Assembly (NCBI GenBank): GCA_003135555.1 | Contig: PLCF01000014.1 | Location: 12,320 to 76,319 of the forward strand | Length of the DNA stretch: 64,000 nucleotides | Reading direction: 5' to 3' | From: Vulcanimicrobiota bacterium | Lineage (GTDB): Bacteria; Vulcanimicrobiota; Vulcanimicrobiia; Vulcanimicrobiales; Vulcanimicrobiaceae | Part shown: positions 39,894 to 48,330 of the stretch, one piece after another | Layout of the letters: every line of letters begins with the position of its first letter | Numbering within the stretch: the stretch's first letter is position 1 | Notes under the pieces: model-generated | The model's input: the letters and a program-made list of their open reading frames with translations, nothing else | Databases searched by the model: none | Told to the model about the DNA's origin: nothing | Translations under genes and position numbers: made by a program

Positions 39894-40898
39894 TCAGACG
39901 ACGAGCAACAAGCTCAGCGCGTAGCGGCCCGCGGTGTCGGTGTACGTCTTCTTCTCCGCGAACCCGCAATCCGCGGCCAGCGCGACGATCTCCTCGCGGG
40001 TGAACTTGTACGACGACTCGGTGTGGATCGTGTCGCCTGGGGCGAAGTCGACCGTCAGATCCGAGGCCGGGACGTGCGCGCGCTGTTCCCGCTCGCTGAC
40101 CAGGAACGACTGCACCGCGCCGCGCTCCTCGTTCCAGCGAGCGCGGAACCGGAATGCCCCGAGATCGAAGTCGGCGCCCAGCTCGCGATTCATCCGCGCC
40201 AGCAAGTTCTTATTGAAGGCTGCGGTGACGCCGGTGGGGTCGTCGTACGCCAGCTCGAGGATCGACGGATCCTTCTTGAGGTCGTAGCCCACCAGCAGCC
40301 CGTCGCCGGGATGGCGTGCGGCGGCGAGTAGCCGCAACAGCTCGCGTGCTTCGTCGGGTTCGAAGTTGCCGATATTCGAGCCCAGGAACAGCGCCAGGAC
40401 GCGAGCGTGGGTCACCAGCCGCTTCTCGCGCAGCAGCGGAAAGTAGTCGCTGGCGTACGCGATGATGCGTAGCGCTTCGTACGATGCGGCCAGGGCGTGC
40501 GACGACTCGGTCACCGCGTCGGCGGAGATGTCGACGGGATGGTAGGTCAGCGCCGGTTGACGCTCCAGGATGGCGTCGATGAGCAGCCGCGTCTTGACCG
40601 CGCTGCCGCTGCCCAGCTCGACGAGATCCAGCGGTCCCGGCAACGCGCCGGCGATTTCGCGCCCGTAGGTCGCGAGCAGGTCGCGTTCGACGCGCGTCAG
40701 GTAGTATTCGGGAAGCCGCGTGATCGCCTCGAACAGCGCCGACCCGAGGTCGTCGTAAAAGTACTTCGGCGATAGGCTCATCGGGCGCGTGCCCAGTCCG
40801 CTGCGCACGTCTTCGGCGAACGTGGCCACGCGCACGGGGTGCGGATCCCGGTAAAGCGCAAACCGGTCGGAAAACCCCGGCGGCTTCGTCGAAGTCAT
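39894..40898 (-). CDS. egtD: L-histidine N-alpha-methyltransferase
   Basis: PKYFYD..GS.LFEAIT.LPEYY, VELGSG, FLGSNIGN, AYDD..GVTAAFN, IHTE.SYKF. Confidence 0.93.
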   Translation of the reverse strand: MTSTKPPGFSDRFALYRDPHPVRVATFAEDVRSGLGTRPMSLSPKYFYDDLGSALFEAITRLPEYYLTRVERDLLATYGREIAGALPGPLDLVELGSGSAVKTRLLIDAILERQPALTYHPVDISADAVTESSHALAASYEALRIIAYASDYFPLLREKRLVTHARVLALFLGSNIGNFEPDEARELLRLLAAARHPGDGLLVGYDLKKDPSILELAYDDPTGVTAAFNKNLLARMNRELGADFDLGAFRFRARWNEERGAVQSFLVSEREQRAHVPASDLTVDFAPGDTIHTESSYKFTREEIVALAADCGFAEKKTYTDTAGRYALSLLLVV

Positions 40899-41037
40899 CG
40901 TGCGAAGCCTAACCCCGGCTCGGCAGCACGGTTTGCACCGCGGCGCGGCCGAGTAGGCGCTCGGTCGCTACGGGGGCTCCGCCGGCCCGCGCCGGACCGG
41001 GAAGGACGCCCGCGGCGGCGCGCGGGAGCATGCGCCC

Positions 41038-41715
41038 ATGATCGAAGAGCACGTTACGATCGACGCGCCCAAGGGTCCGATGCAGGCGTACGTCGCCCGC
41101 CTCGACGAGAAGCCGCGTCCGGCCGTCATCGTGCTCGAAGGCGTCTTCGGTTTCGACGAAGAGATCAAGCGCATCACCGAACAGGTCGGATCGGCGGGCT
41201 ACGTCGGGATCGCGATCGACTACCTGCGCGGCGGCCAGGCAGCAGCGGTGTTCAACACCAAGGACGTCGGCGCGGACGTCGCGGCGACGCGCGACTGGCT
41301 CAACCACCAAGCCTACGTGCAGCACGGGAAAATTGCCGCGTGGGGTTTTGGTTTCGGCGGCACCGCGGCGTTCTTGGCCTCGACGTTGCCGGGCCTCTCC
41401 GGCGCCATCGCCTTCTACGGGCAGAGCATCGCGCGTCCGCTCCCCGGTACCGACGGCAAGCCCGCCCTCGACGAGATCGACGAGGTGCGGATGCCCTTGC
41501 TGCTCGTTTTCGGCGGCCACGACGAGCAGATCGGTCCCACCGAGATCGCCACGATTCGCGACCGGCTCGCGGCCAAGCACGTCCCGTTCGAGATCGAAAT
41601 CTACGACGAAGTCGGCCACTCGTTCTTTCGCGAGGATCTCGGCACGATCGCCACCCGGCAGATCGCCGACGCCTGGGGCCGCGTGCAAGCCTTCCTGCGG
41701 CGTTCGTTTTCCTAA
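41038..41715 (+). CDS. Dienelactone hydrolase family protein (nucleophile position is Gly)
   Basis: PAVIVL, GFGFGG, AFYG, GGHD, GHSF, AW.R...FL. Confidence 0.8.
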   Translation: MIEEHVTIDAPKGPMQAYVARLDEKPRPAVIVLEGVFGFDEEIKRITEQVGSAGYVGIAIDYLRGGQAAAVFNTKDVGADVAATRDWLNHQAYVQHGKIAAWGFGFGGTAAFLASTLPGLSGAIAFYGQSIARPLPGTDGKPALDEIDEVRMPLLLVFGGHDEQIGPTEIATIRDRLAAKHVPFEIEIYDEVGHSFFREDLGTIATRQIADAWGRVQAFLRRSFS

Positions 41716-42368
41716 CGGCCGACCATGCGCGACCAGCGGTCGCGCACGTCGATGATGTAGTCGCGTGTTTCGCGATAGGGCGGAACGCCGTGGTATGCCG
41801 CCACCGCAGCCGGTCCGGCGTTGTACGCGGCGAGCGCCGACGCGTACGGATCGGCGCTGTTGCGATAGTCGTACAAGTACGCGGAGAGCACGCGCGCGGA
41901 CCCGTCGATGGCGGAGCGCGGATCCCACGGATCGACGCCGTACTCCGCCGCGGTCGGCACGGTGAACTGCGCGATGCCGACCGCGCCCGCGACCGACATC
42001 GCCGCCGGATCGAAGGCCGATTCTTGCAGCAGCGTCGCGGCGAGAAACTGCGGCGCCAACTGGCGTTCGCGCGCCGCGGCGAAAACGTCGGCGCCGAGCA
42101 GCAACGCGTCGACGGCGTCGATACGTGGATTGGTCCGCATCACCTCGCGTGCAACCTTGATCCGCAGCGGCGAACGCCGGCTTGCATCCATGCACAGCCG
42201 CAGGCCTCGAATGAGGTCGACCTGCGGGGGTATATGCCATGACAATGCGGCGTCCCGCAGCCCGTCGATCCGGGGCCCCGAGGCCGAGAATGTCAGAGCC
42301 GCCGCCACGAATACGGTCGCGAGAGGGTTTCCAGGAGTCGGGACCAATCCGCCGTTAGCCCTCTTCAC
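41712..42368 (-). CDS. Lytic transglycosylase (SLT domain)
   Basis: QESAF, GAVGIAQF, ALAAYNAG, ETRDY; start uncertain. Confidence 0.88.
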   Translation of the reverse strand: MKRANGGLVPTPGNPLATVFVAAALTFSASGPRIDGLRDAALSWHIPPQVDLIRGLRLCMDASRRSPLRIKVAREVMRTNPRIDAVDALLLGADVFAAARERQLAPQFLAATLLQESAFDPAAMSVAGAVGIAQFTVPTAAEYGVDPWDPRSAIDGSARVLSAYLYDYRNSADPYASALAAYNAGPAAVAAYHGVPPYRETRDYIIDVRDRWSRMVGR

Positions 42369-42382
42369 TCACAAGGATCAGC

Positions 42383-42964
42383 GTGAACACGATCTCGTTG
42401 GGCTCGCCGGTGTCGTCTGCGATAGCAGCGATGCTCATCGTCCTGCTCGTCGGAGATTTCGCCTCGACTTTCCTTTATCACGTGCCGCAGCACGTGTGGG
42501 GCAAGCTGCACCTGCGGACCCACCACGATCGTCGCCGGTCGTTCTGGGACCATGCGGTGCTGTCACGCGATCCCGCGGTCCTGCTCGACGGGTTGCTCGG
42601 CGCGCTCCCCTACCTGGCGCTGGCGGTCCTGTGCTCCGCCGTCTCCGTCTACGGCGCGGTCGCCGGCTTGGTCCTGGGGCAGGTCCACGTCTGGTGGCGC
42701 CACACGACCGACCTGGGCTGGCGCACCCCGGAGTGGGCGCAGCGCCTCGCCCGAGCCCTCCAGATCGTGCTCCCCGAGGACCACGACGGTCATCACCGGA
42801 ACCCAGAGGTCGAGTTCGGCGATATTTTCCGCTTCTATGACGCCCCGGCGCGCGCGATGATCGCAACGCTGCGGGTATGGACGCCGAAGGCCAAGCGGCG
42901 CAGCGCCGCCGTCCGCCGGGCGGCCGCGATGAAGCGCCGCACGGTGGTCAAGCAGCCAAGCTGA
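42383..42964 (+). CDS. Sterol desaturase / fatty acid hydroxylase family protein
   Basis: His boxes YHVPQH, HLRTHH, HVWWRH, HDGHH. Confidence 0.75.
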   Translation: MNTISLGSPVSSAIAAMLIVLLVGDFASTFLYHVPQHVWGKLHLRTHHDRRRSFWDHAVLSRDPAVLLDGLLGALPYLALAVLCSAVSVYGAVAGLVLGQVHVWWRHTTDLGWRTPEWAQRLARALQIVLPEDHDGHHRNPEVEFGDIFRFYDAPARAMIATLRVWTPKAKRRSAAVRRAAAMKRRTVVKQPS

Positions 42965-42970
42965 GGTGGG

Positions 42971-44134
42971 ATGACCAAACGCGTCCTCTTTCTGATCTCC
43001 GACACGGGCGGCGGACACCGCGCCGGGGCGCAAGCCGTCGGTGCCGCCCTCGACGAGATCGACGGAGCGACGCGTTTCGAGTGGCGCATCGACGATATCG
43101 CCACCCACTGCACCTTTCCGCTCTCCAAGCTCGGGCCGGCGTACAGCGCGGCCCTTCGCTATGCTCCGCCGATCTACGGCGCGCTCTACCACGCCACCAA
43201 CGGCCGGCGCCGCTATAAGACGATCGTGCGGTTCTGCGAGCCGCTCTACCGGGAGCGGCTGCGCGAGGTCTTCTCGCAATATCAGCCCGACGTGATCGTC
43301 TCGGTGCACCCGCTGCTCAACCATGCAGCCCTGCGAGCCCGGGCCGACGCCGGGATGCAACAGGTCCCGATCGTCACCGTCATCACCGACCTGGGGCGCG
43401 TGCACGAAGGCTGGCTGCTCCCCGAAGCCGATCTGACGGTGGTTCCGGCCCGCGAGGTCTATCAGCGCGCGATCGAGCGCGGCGTCCCGCCCGAGCGGCT
43501 GCGGCTGTTGGGCCATCCGATCCACCCGCGCTTCGAGGACGTCTCGGGCTCCAAGGCCGAGATCCGCAAGAGCCTGGGGCTGCCGGTCGACGGTACGATC
43601 GCCCTGCTCATGGCGGGCGGCGAAGGCGGCGGCAAGCTCCTTCCGACCACGCTGGGTCTGGCCAAGGCCGGGCTCGACTTCCACCTCGTCGTGGTGACGG
43701 GCCGCAACGCCGCGCTCAAGCAAAAGCTCGAGGAGCTGGCACCGTCGCTGGCCACGCCGATGACGGTGCTGGGCTTCCGCCACGACGTCCCCGAGCTGAT
43801 GCGGGCCGCCGACCTGCTGGTCACCAAGGCCGGCCCCGGAACGATCGCCGAGGCGTCGGTCGCCGAGGTTCCGGTCGTGGTGTACGACTACGTCCCGGGC
43901 CAGGAGCGCGGCAACCTGGACTACGTTCGAACCAACGGGATCGGCGTGGTCGCCTTGAGCACGGCCGAGGTGGTTTCGTCGGTCGCGCGGATCGTGCACA
44001 ACCAGGAGCGCTTGGCCAAGATGCGGTCCCAGCAGACCGCGATCGCGCCGCGCGGCAGCTCGCGCCGCATCGCCGAGCTCATCGCGCAGATCTCGGTCAG
44101 CGGCCGCCGACCGACCATCCCCGCCGCCGGTTAA
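42971..44134 (+). CDS. MGDG synthase / UgtP-like diacylglycerol glycosyltransferase (GT28)
   Basis: DTGGGH, PDVIVSVHP, VITD, TKAGPGTIAE, PGQE.GN. Confidence 0.9.
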   Translation: MTKRVLFLISDTGGGHRAGAQAVGAALDEIDGATRFEWRIDDIATHCTFPLSKLGPAYSAALRYAPPIYGALYHATNGRRRYKTIVRFCEPLYRERLREVFSQYQPDVIVSVHPLLNHAALRARADAGMQQVPIVTVITDLGRVHEGWLLPEADLTVVPAREVYQRAIERGVPPERLRLLGHPIHPRFEDVSGSKAEIRKSLGLPVDGTIALLMAGGEGGGKLLPTTLGLAKAGLDFHLVVVTGRNAALKQKLEELAPSLATPMTVLGFRHDVPELMRAADLLVTKAGPGTIAEASVAEVPVVVYDYVPGQERGNLDYVRTNGIGVVALSTAEVVSSVARIVHNQERLAKMRSQQTAIAPRGSSRRIAELIAQISVSGRRPTIPAAG

Positions 44135-44137
44135 ACC

Positions 44138-45325
44138 GTGGCCCCGCCGACCCTGGCGATCGACGTCCCGGCGGAGGTCGCGGCCGAGGTCGTTGCGACC
44201 CGGCGCGATCTGCACGAGCACCCCGAGCTGGGCTTCGAGGAGCACCGCACCGCCGCACTGGTCGCGGACCGCCTGCGTGAGCTGGGTTTCGAGGTCCACA
44301 CCGGGATCGGCCAAACCGGCGTGGTCGGCGTCCTGCGCGGTGCGCGCTCAGGCAAGACGATCATGCTGCGCGCCGACATGGACGCACTGCCTATCGACGA
44401 GGAGAACCTCGTCCCGTACCGCTCGCGCACGGCGGAACATATGCACGCCTGCGGCCACGACGGCCACGTCGCGATGCTGCTCGGCGCCGCGCGGATCGTC
44501 ATGTCGCGCCGCGACGACGTCGCGGGGACGGTGTGTTTTCTGTTTCAGCCGGCGGAAGAAGGCAAGGGCGGCGCGCGGGCGATGGTCGAGGACGGCGTGC
44601 TCGAGCGTTTCGGGATCGAGCGCGCCTACGGATTGCATTTGGCGTCGGTGCATCCGGTCGGGCAGATCGGCTTTCACGAAGGCGCATTTTACGCGTCGAG
44701 CGACTCGATCGAGATCACCGTCGAAGGCAAGGGCGGTCACGGCGCGTCGCCTCACTTGTCGATCGATCCGATCTACGTCGCCTCACAGTTCGTCGTCGCG
44801 CTGCAACAGATCGTCTCGCGCAACGTCGATCCCATCGAGCCCGCGGTCGTAACGATCGGTTCGTTTCACGGCGGCACGACGCACAACGTGATTCCCAGCC
44901 GTGTGCGCCTGCTCGGCACCGTGCGCGCGTTCGACGCCGGCGTGCGCGCGAAGATGGCCGAACGCATCGAGCGCGTGCTGCGCGGCATCTGCGAAAGCTC
45001 CGGCGCGACCTACACGTTCGAATACCTGTGGCGTTATCCGGTCACGACCAACGACGTCGAGCAAACGCGCTACGTGAAGGCGCTCGCCGGGCGCGTCGTG
45101 AGCCTCGGCCGTGTGGCCGACGTGCCCAAGCTCATGGGTGCGGAGGACTTCTCGTTCTTTGCCGAGCGCGTGCCGGCGTGCTTCTTCACGATCGGCAGCA
45201 ACGGCGGGCCGGACAGCGCCTGGCCGCACCACCACGCCCGCTTCGATATCGACGAGGCGGCGCTGCAAACCGGCGTGCGCATGATGATCGCGCTCGCGCT
45301 CGACGCGCCGCTGCACGCTCCCTAA
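44138..45325 (+). CDS. M20 family amidohydrolase
   Basis: HEHPELGFEE, RADMDALP, MHACGHDGH, FQPAEE, GAEDF. Confidence 0.93.
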   Translation: MAPPTLAIDVPAEVAAEVVATRRDLHEHPELGFEEHRTAALVADRLRELGFEVHTGIGQTGVVGVLRGARSGKTIMLRADMDALPIDEENLVPYRSRTAEHMHACGHDGHVAMLLGAARIVMSRRDDVAGTVCFLFQPAEEGKGGARAMVEDGVLERFGIERAYGLHLASVHPVGQIGFHEGAFYASSDSIEITVEGKGGHGASPHLSIDPIYVASQFVVALQQIVSRNVDPIEPAVVTIGSFHGGTTHNVIPSRVRLLGTVRAFDAGVRAKMAERIERVLRGICESSGATYTFEYLWRYPVTTNDVEQTRYVKALAGRVVSLGRVADVPKLMGAEDFSFFAERVPACFFTIGSNGGPDSAWPHHHARFDIDEAALQTGVRMMIALALDAPLHAP

Positions 45326-45359
45326 GCGGCGTGCACGCCGGCGTTCGCCCGATCGGGCG

Positions 45360-45584
45360 TCAGTTGAACGACGGGGCGCGCCGGCGTTCGGCCAGCTCGG
45401 CGGGCGGGCGCGGATAGCACCGGCCCATAATCTCGCGTAGCGTCGTTCGGCAGCCGCAGGTGCGCGAGGGCGCACTGCGTCCGAGCATCAGGGCCCGGCA
45501 CCCGTCGAGAAAGTGCAGCGAGGCGCGATGGCCGCAATCCTCGCAGATAGGCGGCAGCAGGGCCGCTACGTTGGGCTCGCTCAC
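45360..45584 (-). CDS. Small Cys/His-rich putative zinc-binding protein
   Basis: CEDCGHRASLH...C...CGC; CATACT -10 element 7 nt upstream of the GTG. Confidence 0.6.
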   Translation of the reverse strand: MSEPNVAALLPPICEDCGHRASLHFLDGCRALMLGRSAPSRTCGCRTTLREIMGRCYPRPPAELAERRRAPSFN

Positions 45585-45617
45585 AGCTCGGAGTATGGCG
45601 GCCGGGACTTTCGGGGC

Positions 45618-45647
45618 GCTTACGGTTCGCTTACGGCGGGCTTACGG
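45618..45647. promoter_or_regulatory. Three 11-bp-phased direct repeats (probable regulator binding site)
   Basis: GCTTACGG at 45618, 45629 and 45640. Confidence 0.6.
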
Positions 45648-45832
45648 CGCCGGGGGTCCGGCGCGCGGGGCTTGCAGCTTTGCGACCATGCGCGGGGCTA
45701 GGCGCCGCGGCAGCAGCCGCGTCAGCCACGGCAGCGCCTTGTTCGCCAGCCCCGGAATGGCCAGGACACGCGCGCCAGCTCCAGCCCGATCCCGCCGGAG
45801 GCGCCGGTGACCAGCGCCGTACCACGGGCCAC
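45642..45832 (-). pseudogene. SDR oxidoreductase remnant with large internal deletion
   Basis: MARGTALVTGASGGIGLELARV joined out of frame to VLAIPGLANKALPWLTRLLPRRLAPRMVAKLQ...stop. Confidence 0.75.
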
Positions 45833-45837
45833 GCGCC

Positions 45838-46851
45838 TTACGCCACGATCTGACCGGCCGCGGCCGGCGTTGCGCGCGCGATCAAGCCGCCGCGCATCGC
45901 TGCGGTCGCCGCGCCGACCGCGCCCGCATCATTGCCCAGCGTCGCGCGCACGATCCGCGTCGTGCCGCGCGGCACCATCGTGGTGCGCGCTTCGACCAGC
46001 GGCTTGACGTGTTCGAGCATGAAATCTCCGGCGCTCGAAACGCCGCCGCCCAGCGCGATGACCTCGGGATTGACGAACGCGATCACGTTGGAGAGGCCCA
46101 GCGCCAAGTCTTCACAGTACGCGCTCCAAGCGGCAACGGCATGCGCGTCGCCGCGTTGCGCCGCCTTGCGGATTCGCTTCGACCCCAGCCGGTCGCGCCA
46201 GGGCCGCGGATCGTCGTCCTTGGGCGGGTCCAGCAGCGCGCTGCGCGGGAACGACGGCGCGAGACGAAACGCGTGCCGAATCAGCCCCGTCCCGGAAGCC
46301 TGCGCTTCGAAGCAGCCGACTTTCCCGCAGGCGCAGATGAAACCGGTGTCGGGACGGATGGTATGGTGACCGATCTCTCCGGCGCCCATCTGGTGGCCCA
46401 GCGAAAGCGCCCCCTGTGCGACGATGCCGCCCCCGATCCCCGTCCCGAGGGTCAACAGGACGAAGTCCTGCGTTCCCTGGCCGACGCCGTGCGCGTACTC
46501 GCCCAGCGTCGCGCAACGCGCATCGTTGGCGACGAAGACGGGGTACTTCGGAAACGCATCGCGCACGCGCTGACCGAGCGGCACGTTCTCCCAACCGAAG
46601 TTGGGCGAGTAGCGGATCGTGCCGCTCGACGGGTCGATGTTGCCCGGCGAACCGATGCCGATGCCGGCGACGTCGTGCTTGGTCGCCGCGATCGCGCTGC
46701 GGACGACGTCGGCGAGCGCCGCGATCACCGCGGCAGGATCGTGGTCCTCGATCTCGTGCTCGAACCGGGCGTGGATGAGTCCGGCCTCGTCGACCGCGGC
46801 CGCCATCACGTGCGAGCCGCCCAGATCGACGCCGATCGCCGCGCGCGCCAT
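45838..46851 (-). CDS. ROK family kinase (glucokinase-like)
   Basis: GVDLGGS, NDARCA, TLGTGIGGG, GEIGH, CACG..GCFE, LGNDAG. Confidence 0.93.
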   Translation of the reverse strand: MARAAIGVDLGGSHVMAAAVDEAGLIHARFEHEIEDHDPAAVIAALADVVRSAIAATKHDVAGIGIGSPGNIDPSSGTIRYSPNFGWENVPLGQRVRDAFPKYPVFVANDARCATLGEYAHGVGQGTQDFVLLTLGTGIGGGIVAQGALSLGHQMGAGEIGHHTIRPDTGFICACGKVGCFEAQASGTGLIRHAFRLAPSFPRSALLDPPKDDDPRPWRDRLGSKRIRKAAQRGDAHAVAAWSAYCEDLALGLSNVIAFVNPEVIALGGGVSSAGDFMLEHVKPLVEARTTMVPRGTTRIVRATLGNDAGAVGAATAAMRGGLIARATPAAAGQIVA

Positions 46852-47477
46852 CAGTGCGGCGCCGCCGTCGCAGCCGGCGCCGGAGTCGGCGGAGCGACGC
46901 CCGCCGGGGCCTCGATCGTGTTGGCCGGATCGTTCCAGCGGTCGTAGGTGACGCGCAACGGCGCCGACACGCCGAGCACCACGATCGTGCAAGCGCGCGG
47001 GCGATAGGTCGCCTTGTCGTAGGTGCACTCCATCGAGCCGTTGAGCTGCGTGTTTCCCTGCGCTTGCGAGCTGAACGCGCCCCAGGTGGTGTCGGACTCC
47101 GTGCGGTCGGGCAGCGGCCGCAGGGGCGTATCGGCGGCACCCATATACAACCGGTTCTTGCGCGTGCGTTTGACCGGCGGGATCGCGTAGGACTGCCAAA
47201 CACCGTCGGCTCCGCGGTAGTACATGCTCGTTCCGACGACCACCGACTCCGACGCGACGCCGCCCAGCGTGGAGAGGATCCGGACCCGGTCTTGACCGAC
47301 CGCAAGGATGTCCAGGCTCACGCCGGGGCCCAGGACGGCGATCCGGTAGGAGGCGGCGCCGGTTATCGCGCCGTCGACCTTGGCGGAAAGCGTCGCGGCG
47401 TCGTCGGCCGCCGCCGGTGAGCGCGAGCCCGCGACGAGAACGATGGCGAGCGCGCCGACCGACCAGATCCTGTGCAT
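46851..47477 (-). CDS. Secreted hypothetical protein (beta-rich, possibly LolA-like)
   Basis: Signal peptide; YDRWNDP...IEAP followed by a Pro/Ala tail; TGATG coupling to the ROK gene. Confidence 0.6.
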   Translation of the reverse strand: MHRIWSVGALAIVLVAGSRSPAAADDAATLSAKVDGAITGAASYRIAVLGPGVSLDILAVGQDRVRILSTLGGVASESVVVGTSMYYRGADGVWQSYAIPPVKRTRKNRLYMGAADTPLRPLPDRTESDTTWGAFSSQAQGNTQLNGSMECTYDKATYRPRACTIVVLGVSAPLRVTYDRWNDPANTIEAPAGVAPPTPAPAATAAPH

Positions 47478-47604
47478 GCCGTTCGATTCCCGGCCCACCG
47501 CATCCGATCCGCCGTCCGCCCGGCACGGCGTCCTCGGGGTTCGCCGGGAGAGCGGGGCGAGCGAGCCGCCGGGTTCGTGCGGCGTCGACCCCGAACCATG
47601 CCGC

Positions 47605-48330
47605 ATGCAAGAGACGATCGATCTCATCGGACACCGCGAGCTTCGCAACCTTCAGCGCTACACGCGAGAGACCGGTCAGCCGACAAAGCTGAGCGACCTC
47701 GATCTCGAGCCGATGACCAGCTTCCAGTCAATTGAGATCGACGAAGAGCACGTCACGATCCACTACAACAAGACGACGAAGCGCCGCTACAACGCCAACG
47801 AAGTCACCCACAAAGAGTGGGTGTACAAATACAACGACGACCCCGAGTACGTCGAGGCGCTGCGCCGCGTGATCGAGCTGTCGCGCAAGCATCTCTACGA
47901 TCTTCCCGAGAACCTGGCGTGCCCGCCGGGCTGCGCCGAGTGCTGCAGCGGCTACGAGCCGTTCGTCAGCCGCGTCGACGTGCAGCGCATCGCCGACCAC
48001 CTCAAGATGTCCTACGACGACGTGATGAACGAATACGTCGTCAAGCGCGATTCGGCCGACGGCTTCAGCGTCGGCTGGCTGCGCAAGGTCGACGCGAAGG
48101 GCGCATCCAGCGAGGACACCACGGACAAATGCGTGTTCCTGATGGGATCGCGCTCGGGTCGCTACTATTGCGGGATCTACCAGGCGCGCCCGGCCGACTG
48201 CGGCGCGTTCACCCCGATCGGCTGCGAGGACGTGGACACGGCGCTTCCGCGCCGCGGCGAGTACAAGCCCGGACGACCGTTCGAGCCCAACCGCAAGCGC
48301 GCCGCGCGCAACGGACGCATGTCGAAGTGA
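47605..48330 (+). CDS. YkgJ family cysteine-cluster protein
   Basis: CPPGCAECC, CVFL, CGIY.ARP..C..F. Confidence 0.85.
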   Translation: MQETIDLIGHRELRNLQRYTRETGQPTKLSDLDLEPMTSFQSIEIDEEHVTIHYNKTTKRRYNANEVTHKEWVYKYNDDPEYVEALRRVIELSRKHLYDLPENLACPPGCAECCSGYEPFVSRVDVQRIADHLKMSYDDVMNEYVVKRDSADGFSVGWLRKVDAKGASSEDTTDKCVFLMGSRSGRYYCGIYQARPADCGAFTPIGCEDVDTALPRRGEYKPGRPFEPNRKRAARNGRMSK

